From the NCBI GenBank assembly GCA_965279515.1, contig CBDIID010000003.1, forward strand, positions 1,792,001-1,856,000: a stretch of DNA of 64,000 bases. Reading direction: 5' to 3'. Both the position numbers and the translations under genes were made by a program. Every line of letters starts with the position of its first letter. The stretch's first letter is position 1. Below are positions 10,242 through 19,030 of the stretch, one piece after another. A model generated the notes under the pieces. The model saw only the letters and a list, made by a program, of their open reading frames with translations, did no database searches and was not told the DNA's origin. Origin of the DNA: Turneriella sp. (GTDB taxonomy: Bacteria; Spirochaetota; Leptospiria; Turneriellales; Turneriellaceae).

Positions 10242-10384
10242 ACGTTTTCCCCAAGGCTAGGCCCGAGGACAACTTCGACACTGGCTGAAAATCACAAACC
10301 CAATTAGCGGTTCACGCGAAGACGCACCCGCCTCGCTATCGCTCAGCGCCCCAGGGTGTGCGGCGTGAACCGAAAACATCCTGT

Positions 10385-10876
10385 TTACCGGTAATTGGTA
10401 TACTGCAAGGGAATGGCGAGGTCAGCGCCGTTGAGGAGTTTCATGACTTCCTGCAGGTCGTCCTTCGACTTCGCGGTGACGCGCAGCTTCTCGCCTTCGA
10501 TCTGCGAGCGTACCTTGAGCTTCGAATCGCGGATCAGCACGTTGATTTTCTTAGCGTGTTCCTGCGCAATGCCGTTGATAAACAGGGCCTTTTGCCGCAC
10601 CGTGCCGCCGAACGCGGCTTCGATTTTCTGGTAGTCGACGGATTTCAGCGCAATACCGCGCTTAATCAGTTTCGAATCGATGACATCTTTGAGTTGTTTT
10701 AGCTTGCCTTCGTCGTCGGCGATCAGCGTCAGTTCTTTATTTTCGAACTTGATTTCGCATTTCGTGCCTTTGAAGTCGAAACGCGTGCTGATCTCGCGCT
10801 GCGCCTGGTCGATGGCGTTCGCGACTTCTTGCCAGTTCGTCTCGGAGACGACGTCGAAGGACGATTCAGATGCCAT
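10385..10876 (-). CDS. yajQ: YajQ family nucleotide/c-di-GMP-binding protein
   Basis: SFDVVSE...TRFDFKG...LQYTNYR. Confidence 0.95.
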   Translation of the reverse strand: MASESSFDVVSETNWQEVANAIDQAQREISTRFDFKGTKCEIKFENKELTLIADDEGKLKQLKDVIDSKLIKRGIALKSVDYQKIEAAFGGTVRQKALFINGIAQEHAKKINVLIRDSKLKVRSQIEGEKLRVTAKSKDDLQEVMKLLNGADLAIPLQYTNYR

Positions 10877-11763
10877 TAAGCAGCGGCGTGTTTTGTCTTC
10901 GCGCCTTTCAGCGCCATACGTTCCAGACGCATTGATTTGCTGCGCAGTGATGGCACAAATGGTGCAATCAGGTATGTCTCGATAACGTACCAGCCCAGCG
11001 AGCGGCGGTTGAGCGAAGGATCAATCAGGTGAGCGATCTTGGCGTGAGCCGCGGGCAGCTGGCTCCAGTGCAGGCCCATCTGGTCGTGGTGAGCGGTGTG
11101 CAGGCCATTGTTCAGAAGGAACTTATTATAAAAACCGGTGAAGTTCCGTGAATGGTTGTACTGCGACTCTTCGTCGGTGTGCACGTGTTGGATATAGTTA
11201 ATGATCAGAACGAACTGTGTCGCCACAATCATCGGAATCGCGACATAAAGCCACGCCTTCCATGCGTTCAGGTAAAATGCACCGGCGATCCAGAGACCCC
11301 AGACAACATATTGTGAGATATAATAGAAGAAACGCACCTTGTTGGTACGCCAGTAGTGCTTAAGAAAGTTCTCCGTGGGCTTCTGTTGGTAGATGGCGCT
11401 GATGATCGGGAAGGTAATCATCGTGAAAAGGTTGTTCTTCTCTGACAGGCGCCAGGTGATCGTATAATCGCCTTCACGGTTATTGAGCTGGTGGTGGTTC
11501 ATGTTATGCGTGGGAATCCATGCATAGACGGGAAAACCATAGAACAGCGTCAGCCAGTAGTCGGTCAGCTTATTCATGAAATCGCTGCGCCACATCGGCA
11601 GGTGGTTATGGTTGTGCGCCATCGCAAAGCAGCTTGTCGCCATCAGAATCGAGGCCCCGAACAGGAACGGGTTGAACTCGGGCATGTTCCAGTTCGCGAT
11701 CAGCAAACCTGTCGTGATAATCATGTAGAAAACCGATAGAATATCCGCTTTGAATCTAAGCAT
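10876..11763 (-). CDS. Membrane fatty acid desaturase
   Basis: Three His boxes HNHNH, HNMNHH, HTAHH; TM segments; ATG at 11763 preferred over the TTG upstream. Confidence 0.88.
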   Translation of the reverse strand: MLRFKADILSVFYMIITTGLLIANWNMPEFNPFLFGASILMATSCFAMAHNHNHLPMWRSDFMNKLTDYWLTLFYGFPVYAWIPTHNMNHHQLNNREGDYTITWRLSEKNNLFTMITFPIISAIYQQKPTENFLKHYWRTNKVRFFYYISQYVVWGLWIAGAFYLNAWKAWLYVAIPMIVATQFVLIINYIQHVHTDEESQYNHSRNFTGFYNKFLLNNGLHTAHHDQMGLHWSQLPAAHAKIAHLIDPSLNRRSLGWYVIETYLIAPFVPSLRSKSMRLERMALKGAKTKHAAA

Positions 11764-11813
11764 AGTGCACTGCGTTATAAACAGATGTGCCGTCAAGTCC
11801 TTTGACAACCGAG

Positions 11814-11845
11814 TCTATAGTTAATAACCAATTATTAACTATAGA
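11814..11845. repeat. Perfect 14-bp AT-rich inverted repeat (operator or terminator) between the GNAT gene and the desaturase
   Basis: TCTATAGTTAATAA-CCAA-TTATTAACTATAGA. Confidence 0.75.
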
Positions 11846-12420
11846 TCAGCGCGCTTGATCATGCGATAACTCCCCAATCCGGGCAAAAAAATGGTCTTTT
11901 TCGAGGCGATACTGAACCCCAGCCGCTCATAGAGGGCCCGCGCCTGATGGTTTCCGAGCTCGACGTCGAGAAAGGCATCACGCCGATCCAGCGCACAAAA
12001 ATGGCGGATTAACAACGAACCTATGCCCTTACCCCTGTCTTCCGCGGCGACACAGACGTTCTGGATATAAACGCCTGTCACATCGCTTTTATCCATAAAC
12101 GGTTTCAGAACCAGATATTTAAAGAAGAGAGTGATCTGGTCGAAGACCGGCAGTACCGCGCGGAAATCCGCCGCCTCGGCGTTTTCGTCAATCGTGCGGT
12201 GGTCATAACCGATGAGAATGCCACGCACGCGATCTTTTTCAACCTCGCACCAAATATGGCGGTGTGAGAACGAATTCCCGTCGCGCAAAACCAGATTTTT
12301 CAAAATGGGCAAAGCCTTCGCACGCGCACCAAAGAGAAACGGAAAAAGATACTTATCGGTATCGTAGATGAGGCCAGCGACCGTGTCAAGATCGGTCGCG
12401 ATGTCCATTTTGCGGATCAA
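11839..12420 (-). CDS. GNAT family N-acetyltransferase
   Basis: VCVAAEDRGKGIGSLL acetyl-CoA motif; NHQARALYERLGF. Confidence 0.9.
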   Translation of the reverse strand: MIRKMDIATDLDTVAGLIYDTDKYLFPFLFGARAKALPILKNLVLRDGNSFSHRHIWCEVEKDRVRGILIGYDHRTIDENAEAADFRAVLPVFDQITLFFKYLVLKPFMDKSDVTGVYIQNVCVAAEDRGKGIGSLLIRHFCALDRRDAFLDVELGNHQARALYERLGFSIASKKTIFLPGLGSYRMIKRADL

Positions 12421-13589
12421 CGCAGTTCAATGCTGAGCATGAGACTCTGCTCGGCGATATTGCCGGCTATGCCATAGGGAGAACATTCGAATGCGAGATC
12501 ACGATCGCCCAGATAGCGCTCAACCACAAGCTTGCCGGCGATGAGCCGAGCGCTGTGCGCACCTTCAATTTCACCCGTGCGGTCGAGCGAGAGCACCGTA
12601 TACGTGCCGGGTGAAGAGGCATTCACCACGAAGCGCATATTCCCCGAACTTTTGAAATCCCCCTTTTGCGTCGCCTGGTAGGCAAAACTCTGTTTCAATG
12701 GAATTTTGCAGGAAGCCAGGGGAATGGCGTCTGTCGCCACAGCCGGCGTAACAGGAGCAGTCTCTTTCGCATAGGGCTCGAGCCGCTGCGCAAACTGCGG
12801 CGCTCCGGGCGCTCCCATCCATTTTTGCAGGATCTTGCCTTCGGGTGAAATGATAAAATAATAGGGGATGCCAAAACTGCCGCTGATTTCGGCTTTTGAG
12901 TACTCATTCTGCGGTACGCGGTAGGTTACAAAACGCGTCTTCAGCATCTTATTCACCGACGCATCGGGTAAGACCTTGCTTTCGAGATAGGCGCAGGCGC
13001 CGCAACTGCTGGGCTGAGAGATCAGGGCAAAGATATTGACCTTTTTCAGTTTTGCCGCATCGAGCGCGGCGGCGTGGCTATTTACCCACGGCAATGTCGC
13101 GTCAGGCAGATCACGCGTCTGCAGCTGCGGCCCCGCGATCGAAACCTTGAGTTGTTTTGTCACAGTCACCGGCATGTAGCAGATGCCCGCCTCACCTTCA
13201 GCGCAGATCTGCACACGTATTTGCAGCGGCACGGTCAGGGTTTTTCCGTCTGCGTTCATCGCGAGCTCTGAGAGCTCGAAAAGAAACATACCCTTATCAC
13301 GCAACACAAACTCATTCTCAACTTTGACGCCCGCCGGCCGCCGTGTTTCGCGCAGCTGAAAGCCGGTTTCGCCCGGCACGGAGAAATTTGTGAGTATCGC
13401 ATGGCCGTTCTTATTCGCATGTTTGAGATAAATGTGGTGGTTTTTCGGTACAACCGCCGTCAGGTAAAATTCAGCGGAGCGGCCTTTAGGCATCGAAACG
13501 GCGTCGGGTAAGTTAAATTGAATCTGTTCTGCAGGATGGTCTGATGCCGTAACTGCTGTCAGGAGTGCCAAAAAAATTAAGCTGCGCAT
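12417..13589 (-). CDS. Exported thioredoxin-family protein with DsbD-N-like domain
   Basis: Signal peptide; HIY...QIC..ICYMP DsbD-alpha-like segment; CGAC active site and GIP cis-Pro loop. Confidence 0.75.
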   Translation of the reverse strand: MRSLIFLALLTAVTASDHPAEQIQFNLPDAVSMPKGRSAEFYLTAVVPKNHHIYLKHANKNGHAILTNFSVPGETGFQLRETRRPAGVKVENEFVLRDKGMFLFELSELAMNADGKTLTVPLQIRVQICAEGEAGICYMPVTVTKQLKVSIAGPQLQTRDLPDATLPWVNSHAAALDAAKLKKVNIFALISQPSSCGACAYLESKVLPDASVNKMLKTRFVTYRVPQNEYSKAEISGSFGIPYYFIISPEGKILQKWMGAPGAPQFAQRLEPYAKETAPVTPAVATDAIPLASCKIPLKQSFAYQATQKGDFKSSGNMRFVVNASSPGTYTVLSLDRTGEIEGAHSARLIAGKLVVERYLGDRDLAFECSPYGIAGNIAEQSLMLSIELR

Positions 13590-13660
13590 TCAGGTAAAAG
13601 CATCGGCTCCACAGCCCTGTAAATCAGTTTTTCCTGCGAGCGCGAAATGAATTCTGCCTT

Positions 13661-14299
13661 GTGAGCGCAGAAAATCATAACGGCTGGTACAACAAAGTAT
13701 TCAGTGCGGCATACGATCCGCTGATGGGCCTTGTCGAAAAGAATGCTCTCGCCGCGCGCCGGCAGGCATTGCTCTCTCCGCTGAAAGGCAAAATTCTCGA
13801 ACTGGGTTGCGGAACCGGCATCAACTTTGAATTTTACGGCGCCGGTGCGAATGTGCTGGCACTCGAACCTTCAGACTCGATGCGTGCACAGGCCGAAGAC
13901 CGCATCATTACCGGTGGCATCACCGCACGTGTTCGTGTTGTGCCGTGGCTACTCGAAGACGCGCGTCTGGCAGCCGCAGTGCCCGATGCGAGCCTGGACA
14001 CGGTCGTCTGCACGCTTGTGCTCTGTACCGTATCTGACCCGGTGGCAACTCTCACCCACTTGCGCCGCCTGCTCAAACCCGAAGGCAGGCTGATCGCACT
14101 GGAGCATGTGCGGGCGAAATCGGAAATCGGCGCGATGGCACAGAACTTCTTCAACCCCGTCTGGCGGCATCTCGCCGAAGGCTGCCAGTTAAACCGCGAT
14201 ACCCATGCCGCCATTCTCAGCGCGGGATTTTCAGCGCAGGAGAAATCTGACTTCGAATACGGGCTGCCCTTTATCAGCGGTATTTACGCACCCGCATAA
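13661..14299 (+). CDS. Class I SAM-dependent methyltransferase
   Basis: ILELGCGTG, DTVVCTLVLCTV, LKPEG, EHV, GCQLNRD. Confidence 0.9.
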   Translation: MSAENHNGWYNKVFSAAYDPLMGLVEKNALAARRQALLSPLKGKILELGCGTGINFEFYGAGANVLALEPSDSMRAQAEDRIITGGITARVRVVPWLLEDARLAAAVPDASLDTVVCTLVLCTVSDPVATLTHLRRLLKPEGRLIALEHVRAKSEIGAMAQNFFNPVWRHLAEGCQLNRDTHAAILSAGFSAQEKSDFEYGLPFISGIYAPA

Positions 14300-14304
14300 T
14301 TCAG

Positions 14305-14339
14305 TTGCCGACGAGGCTGTGCTGTAATATGCTGCCGCT
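14305..14339 (+). promoter_or_regulatory. Sigma70-type promoter predicting a leaderless mRNA for the SDR gene
   Basis: TTGCCG (14305)-N17-TATGCT (14328)-6 nt-ATG (14340); no Shine-Dalgarno. Confidence 0.65.
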
Positions 14340-15029
14340 ATGAAAGTTATTCTCGTCACCGGCGCCAACCGCGGCATCGGCAAAGAAACGGTGCGCCAGC
14401 TGGCGCGCGCCGGGCATAAAACCATACTCACTGGCCGCCATGCGGATCATGTGCGCGATACACAAGACGCTCTCGCTGCCGAAGGTATCATCACCGATGC
14501 CTGCCCGCTCGACGTGCGCGACGACAATTCTGTCAAACACCTGGTTAAATTTGTCACCGACCGGTACGGCAAACTCGACGTGCTGGTGAATAATGCCGGT
14601 ATCTTTCTCGACGGCAAAGACAGCACCCGGGCCGACATCGAGGTAATCCGCGACACTTTTGACACCAACGTTCTGGGCCCTTACCGGCTCATCGAGGGCC
14701 TGTTGCCGCTGCTCAAGGAATCAGGTGATGCGCGCATCATCAATGTTTCCAGCGGCATGGGTGGCCTCACAGAGATGAACGGGGGTTATCCGGGGTACCG
14801 TATCTCGAAGACGGCCCTGAATGCCGTGACGAAGATTTTCGCCAACGACCTCGCCGCCGACAAGATCAGCGTCAATTCCATCTGCCCGGGTTGGGTTAAA
14901 ACCGACATGGGCGGCGAGCGGGCAACACGCGAAGTGGAGCAAGGTGCTGAGACGATCGTCTGGCTCGCGACCGCAGATAAGGTGCCGACTGGCAAATTTC
15001 TGCGCGATAAAAAAGAAATTCCCTGGTAG
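14340..15029 (+). CDS. SDR oxidoreductase (carbonyl reductase-like)
   Basis: TGANRGIG, NNAG, YRISK, CPGWVKTDMGG. Confidence 0.93.
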   Translation: MKVILVTGANRGIGKETVRQLARAGHKTILTGRHADHVRDTQDALAAEGIITDACPLDVRDDNSVKHLVKFVTDRYGKLDVLVNNAGIFLDGKDSTRADIEVIRDTFDTNVLGPYRLIEGLLPLLKESGDARIINVSSGMGGLTEMNGGYPGYRISKTALNAVTKIFANDLAADKISVNSICPGWVKTDMGGERATREVEQGAETIVWLATADKVPTGKFLRDKKEIPW

Positions 15030-15032
15030 GTT

Positions 15033-16250
15033 TTAGCCGGCTTTTTTCGAAAACAATTCGATAATTCCCGCAACGGGTACGGGGCGTGAATAGAGATACC
15101 CCTGCCCGCGCGTGCAGCCGAGTTCGCGCAAAGCCTTGGCCTGCTCCTCTGTTTCAATACCCTCGGCGATCACGCCGATGTTCATGGCATTCGCCAGATC
15201 GATGATTGCCTTACAGATACTGCGGCTTTCTTTATTTTGCGGCAGGCCGCTGATAAAGGAGCGGTCGATCTTGAGCGAGGCAGGCTGAAACTGCTGCAGG
15301 TATAAGAGACTCGAATACCCGGTGCCGAAATCATCGAGCAAGACCGGGAAACCATGCTTCGCGCATTCTGCGATCCAGTCTTCCATTTTGCTGCGTAAGA
15401 AGAGATTTCTTTCGAGAATTTCGAGATGCACCTGCTGCGGATTAATGTTTTCCGTGCGCACAGTTTCGGCGAGGCCGGGCAGAAAATCTGAGTGTTCCAT
15501 CTGCCGGCGTGCAACATTGAAACTCATCGAGAGGTCAGAATGCGTGTGATTCTGAATTTGTTTTAACGCAGCCAACCCCTCGGCGACGACCCATCGCCCG
15601 ATCGGTAAGATCAGGTTTGTCGCCTCGGCAATTTCAATAAATTCCAGCGGTGACAGAAGCCCGCGCTTGGGGTTCTCCCAGCGGATGAGCGCTTCAAGGC
15701 TCACCATCGCCCCTGACTTCAAATCGATCACCGGCTGATAGTAGAGCCTGAAATGATCTTCTTTGATCGCGGTGCGCAGATCGGCTTCGAGGCGGGCCAT
15801 GCCCACCGCTTCGAGAATGCGCATCTGGTTAAAGGTCTCTGCGTCTTCGGTAATATCTTTTCGCGTGAAGGTGGAGTACTGGGTGCGCGCGCGTTTTACT
15901 TCCTGGCGGAAGTGTTTCATGACAACATAAAGCAGCATGCGCAAAATCGGATCAGCGTCGCTGAGGCGCGCGTCGACTTGCTGTTGCGTCACCAGCGTCA
16001 GCGTGGTACGCTTCGTCGCCAGCGCTGAGGCACTGCGGGGCTGGCGGTCGACGAGTGCCAGCTCGCCAAACAGGTTTCCAGGTGTAAGAATATTCAGCAC
16101 CTTGCGCTCGGCGCCGATATGCGTGAAAATCTCTACTTCACCGTCTTCAATAATATAGGCGTAATTGGAAATATCGCCTTCGGCGAAGATAACTTCGCCT
16201 TCAGCAAAGATGCGCGTGTCGACGTGTTGAATCATAGCGCGGGGGATCAT
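15033..16250 (-). CDS. cNMP-binding + EAL domain c-di-GMP phosphodiesterase
   Basis: FGELALVDRQPRSASA cNMP cassette; EALIRW, DDFGTGYSS, KIDRSF, AEGIE, QGY. Confidence 0.92.
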   Translation of the reverse strand: MIPRAMIQHVDTRIFAEGEVIFAEGDISNYAYIIEDGEVEIFTHIGAERKVLNILTPGNLFGELALVDRQPRSASALATKRTTLTLVTQQQVDARLSDADPILRMLLYVVMKHFRQEVKRARTQYSTFTRKDITEDAETFNQMRILEAVGMARLEADLRTAIKEDHFRLYYQPVIDLKSGAMVSLEALIRWENPKRGLLSPLEFIEIAEATNLILPIGRWVVAEGLAALKQIQNHTHSDLSMSFNVARRQMEHSDFLPGLAETVRTENINPQQVHLEILERNLFLRSKMEDWIAECAKHGFPVLLDDFGTGYSSLLYLQQFQPASLKIDRSFISGLPQNKESRSICKAIIDLANAMNIGVIAEGIETEEQAKALRELGCTRGQGYLYSRPVPVAGIIELFSKKAG

Positions 16251-16294
16251 TCGGCCGCATGGCGGAGCGATGTAAACCGGAATTAGGGAAAATC

Positions 16295-16329
16295 AAAAAA
16301 CCGGGAAAACGCCTTTGGCGTTTCCCGGT
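16295..16329 (-). terminator. Rho-independent terminator of the ECF sigma operon
   Basis: Minus strand ACCGGGAAACGCC-AAA-GGCGTTTTCCCGG followed by TTTTTT. Confidence 0.8.
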
Positions 16330-16350
16330 AGAGTGCCGGAGTCATTAAAA

Positions 16351-16713
16351 TCAGGTCGCGGGTTTTGTGTCAGGGGTCTTTTCGTGGGTATAGGGGCAGC
16401 ATCCCCATGCTCCCCACGAGCCCCATTTCTCCATGAACTTATCACGCTCTTCGGGCGTCATACCTTCCATCTTCTTTTCCATCTTGTAGCGCCATTTCTG
16501 CGCATTCCAGCCGTGGCCATGCTTAAAGCCGCCACCCCGGAACAGGATATGGGATAGGATAATCAGCCCACAAGCCTGCCAGAAGTTGACATAGGGACCG
16601 TGGAAGAGCTCCGGTACGAGTTTGTTCCAGAGCAGCATGGTTAGCCCGCCGAAGGCGGCGATGAAGATCGGTGCCAAAACCAGGAATTTAAGAATCTTTT
16701 TTGCCTTGTGCAT
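16351..16713 (-). CDS. Small two-TM membrane protein co-transcribed with the ECF sigma factor
   Basis: MLLWNKLVPELF..NFWQACGLIILSHILF, MTPEERDKF; GAGG ribosome-binding site. Confidence 0.8.
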   Translation of the reverse strand: MHKAKKILKFLVLAPIFIAAFGGLTMLLWNKLVPELFHGPYVNFWQACGLIILSHILFRGGGFKHGHGWNAQKWRYKMEKKMEGMTPEERDKFMEKWGSWGAWGCCPYTHEKTPDTKPAT

Positions 16714-16749
16714 AGTTGTTACCTCACTTTTCCGCTAACGCGGGTTTTA

Positions 16750-17256
16750 TTAATCATTAATATCCTCGAACAAATCATTCAGCCGCGCCCGCAAATACAT
16801 CACGGCATAGCGTTTGCGCGAGAGTAGCGTGTTGATACTCTCGCCGGTCTCCGCAGAAATCTCGCGGAATGTCTTGCCCGAAAGCTCGTTGAGCTCAAAC
16901 ACCTGGCGCTGCTCGGCAGGCAGCTCAGAAAGAGCCTGCTCGAACTTTTCCCAGAACGCCGCATTGCCCTGCGTCGCCGCCAGTTGCACCGCCTCGCTCG
17001 AGTCGAGGCTCGTGGCATGACGGCGCCGCCGGTAGAAATCCACAATTTTGTTGCGCGCAGCGCGGTAGAGCCACGCTGTCATATCTTCGATGCTCTCGAT
17101 GAGATTACCCTCAAGCAGGCGCGAAAAGATATCCTGTACGATATCTTCTGCGTCTTCCTCAGAATTGACACGGTTTTTGACGAAGGAGATTAATCCCTTC
17201 TTTTCGTTTGTAACCGTTTCTTCGAACCGCATCAGGGGCAAGGCCTCTGCATCCAT
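16750..17256 (-). CDS. ECF RNA polymerase sigma factor
   Basis: DAEDIVQDIF, WLYRAARNKIVD, region 4 LPAEQRQVFELNELSG..EIS; start set to ATG 17256. Confidence 0.9.
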   Translation of the reverse strand: MDAEALPLMRFEETVTNEKKGLISFVKNRVNSEEDAEDIVQDIFSRLLEGNLIESIEDMTAWLYRAARNKIVDFYRRRRHATSLDSSEAVQLAATQGNAAFWEKFEQALSELPAEQRQVFELNELSGKTFREISAETGESINTLLSRKRYAVMYLRARLNDLFEDIND

Positions 17257-17333
17257 ATGCCAGTATAGACGCAGGCTGAACCGGATTATTGTATTTTTTT
17301 CCTTTAACTTGACGCAGAGTCGATCGAACCTCC

Positions 17334-18068
17334 GTGGAGCCAGTGATTGGCCTGAATGAACAGGTGGCAAAAGCTCTCCAGGACCTGAAAGACCGGTTCT
17401 GTGAGACACTCGGTCCCGATCTTGTCTCACTGGTGCTCTTCGGCAGCGCCGCCGAAGGCAGGTTGCGGCTAACATCCGACGTAAATCTTATTGTTGTAGT
17501 CAGTGATTTCAGGTCTGAACGCTTCGAACCTTTACAGCCCCATATTCTGGCAGCCGAATCTTCCATCGCGCTACGGTTGATGATTTTAAGGGAAGAAGAA
17601 ATATCCCCGGCGGCAGAGCTTTTCTCGGTCAAATTTCAGGATATTCTGCACAGGCACCGCCTGCTTTTCGGTAAAGATGTTTTTGCCGGACTCAAGGTTC
17701 CGCGTGATGCGCTCTTAAACCGTGCGCGGCAGACCCTCCTCAACCAGATGATCCGGCTACGAACTCTTTCTATCACTCGTATCGCCCATAGCGAACAATT
17801 GGTACCACTCATCGCAGATACGGCCGGTCCGCTACGCGCGTCAGCGGCAACGCTTTGCGAGCTCCGTGGAGAAGCGGTTACCGGTGGCAAGGCCGCCCTC
17901 GAAAAAATTATGGCTGAGATTTTAGGCTCCGAAGGCACTGCGCTGGCGAGCAGGATATCTTATGCACGCGAATATGGCATCTTATCTTTTCAGGAAGCGA
18001 AAGAGGTTCTGAACGAACTATCGCGGGTCATCGAGGCCATGTACCGCGAAGCGCAGCATATGCGATGA
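17334..18068 (+). CDS. Nucleotidyltransferase (Pol-beta/MNT-like) domain protein with helical C-domain
   Basis: LVLFGSAAEG...SDVNLIVVV (GS..DxN variant); stop overlaps the next start (ATGA). Confidence 0.8.
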   Translation: MEPVIGLNEQVAKALQDLKDRFCETLGPDLVSLVLFGSAAEGRLRLTSDVNLIVVVSDFRSERFEPLQPHILAAESSIALRLMILREEEISPAAELFSVKFQDILHRHRLLFGKDVFAGLKVPRDALLNRARQTLLNQMIRLRTLSITRIAHSEQLVPLIADTAGPLRASAATLCELRGEAVTGGKAALEKIMAEILGSEGTALASRISYAREYGILSFQEAKEVLNELSRVIEAMYREAQHMR

Positions 18069-19030
18069 ATGTCTTCGATTGGAACGGCCCCGACTTTCTG
18101 ATTTTCTATGCTAGCCTAGGCGGCCTTTGCTGCGTGCTCATTTCTTTTTGGCGGCGGTTTGCTGAATATAGCCCAATTCCCAAAATCGACTTAAAAGACC
18201 CTTACCTGATCGCCTACCTGTCCGGCGGCCCGTCGCTTTGCCTGCAGGCAGTAGTCATGTCACTGGTCGACCGTGGTTTAATGGAATCCAGAAGCAATAC
18301 GGTCGTCACAAAGAAAAACCAGGCTCTGGACCTCGCGTTGCCGGAAATCGAACGAGCTTTGCTGAATTATTTTTCTACGGTCCGCAGCACCAAAGAGCTA
18401 GAGACCAACGACGGTTTGCGCCGAAATGCAGAAGCTTATGGCAAAAAGCTGAGAGCCTTACGCTTGTTGCCTGACGAAAAAATCACACGCAACAGAAATA
18501 GGATGCTCAACGCGCTCATGGGTATATTCCTTATCATTGGTTTCATAAAGCTGGGTATCGCGATGGGGCGCGGCAGACACAATGTTTTTTTCTTGATCAT
18601 CATCGGTTTCATATTCTCGTTCGGAATGGTCAAATTATTTGATCCGCGCCTTACAGTGCTCGGCAAAAAAGTCCTGTCCGATTTCAAAGATATGTTTTAC
18701 ACGCTTTATCTCAAGCGGAAATATCTGAAAACTCTCGGTACGAGCATGGACCTGGCTTGGCTTGTGGCACTCTATGGAATGGACTCCGTCCCACTCGGAG
18801 TTTATCCGTTTGCGGGACATATTTTTTATGAATTTAAGCCGATGCAGCAGAGAGTCAACTATCTTTCATACATAGGTAATAGTGGCAAACGCAGCTCTTC
18901 GGATAAATCATCTCGGAACTCATCAAATTGTTCGTCATGCGGATCTTCCGGCATTACATCCTGTGGTTCATCGGGCGGGTCATCTTGCGGCGGAGGCTGC
19001 GGTGGCGGGTGTGGTGGCTGCGGCAGTTGA
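18065..19030 (+). CDS. TIGR04222-like membrane protein with C-terminal Ser/Gly/Cys low-complexity tail
   Basis: N-terminal GPDFLIFY, DPYLIAYLSGG..LVDRG, three TM segments; ends SSCGGGCGGGCGGCGS. Confidence 0.88.
   Translation: MNVFDWNGPDFLIFYASLGGLCCVLISFWRRFAEYSPIPKIDLKDPYLIAYLSGGPSLCLQAVVMSLVDRGLMESRSNTVVTKKNQALDLALPEIERALLNYFSTVRSTKELETNDGLRRNAEAYGKKLRALRLLPDEKITRNRNRMLNALMGIFLIIGFIKLGIAMGRGRHNVFFLIIIGFIFSFGMVKLFDPRLTVLGKKVLSDFKDMFYTLYLKRKYLKTLGTSMDLAWLVALYGMDSVPLGVYPFAGHIFYEFKPMQQRVNYLSYIGNSGKRSSSDKSSRNSSNCSSCGSSGITSCGSSGGSSCGGGCGGGCGGCGS

Noticed and set aside
17257..17475. Long N-terminal extension of the first ECF sigma ORF
   Set aside because: Overlaps the divergent NTase gene and lacks sigma features; ATG 17256 gives a normal ECF length.
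17334..18068. NTase as an MNT-HEPN toxin-antitoxin or CBASS cyclase
   Set aside because: No separate HEPN gene with RxxxxH, no CD-NTase size or motifs, and no effector neighbours seen.
18882..19001. N-terminal extension of the DUF692 ORF
   Set aside because: Alternate-frame reading of the Ser/Gly/Cys tail; family similarity begins at about VGLGWR.
19028..19030. TGA after the Cys-rich tail as selenocysteine read-through
   Set aside because: The tail ends in the usual CGS pattern and no SECIS-like hairpin is evident downstream.
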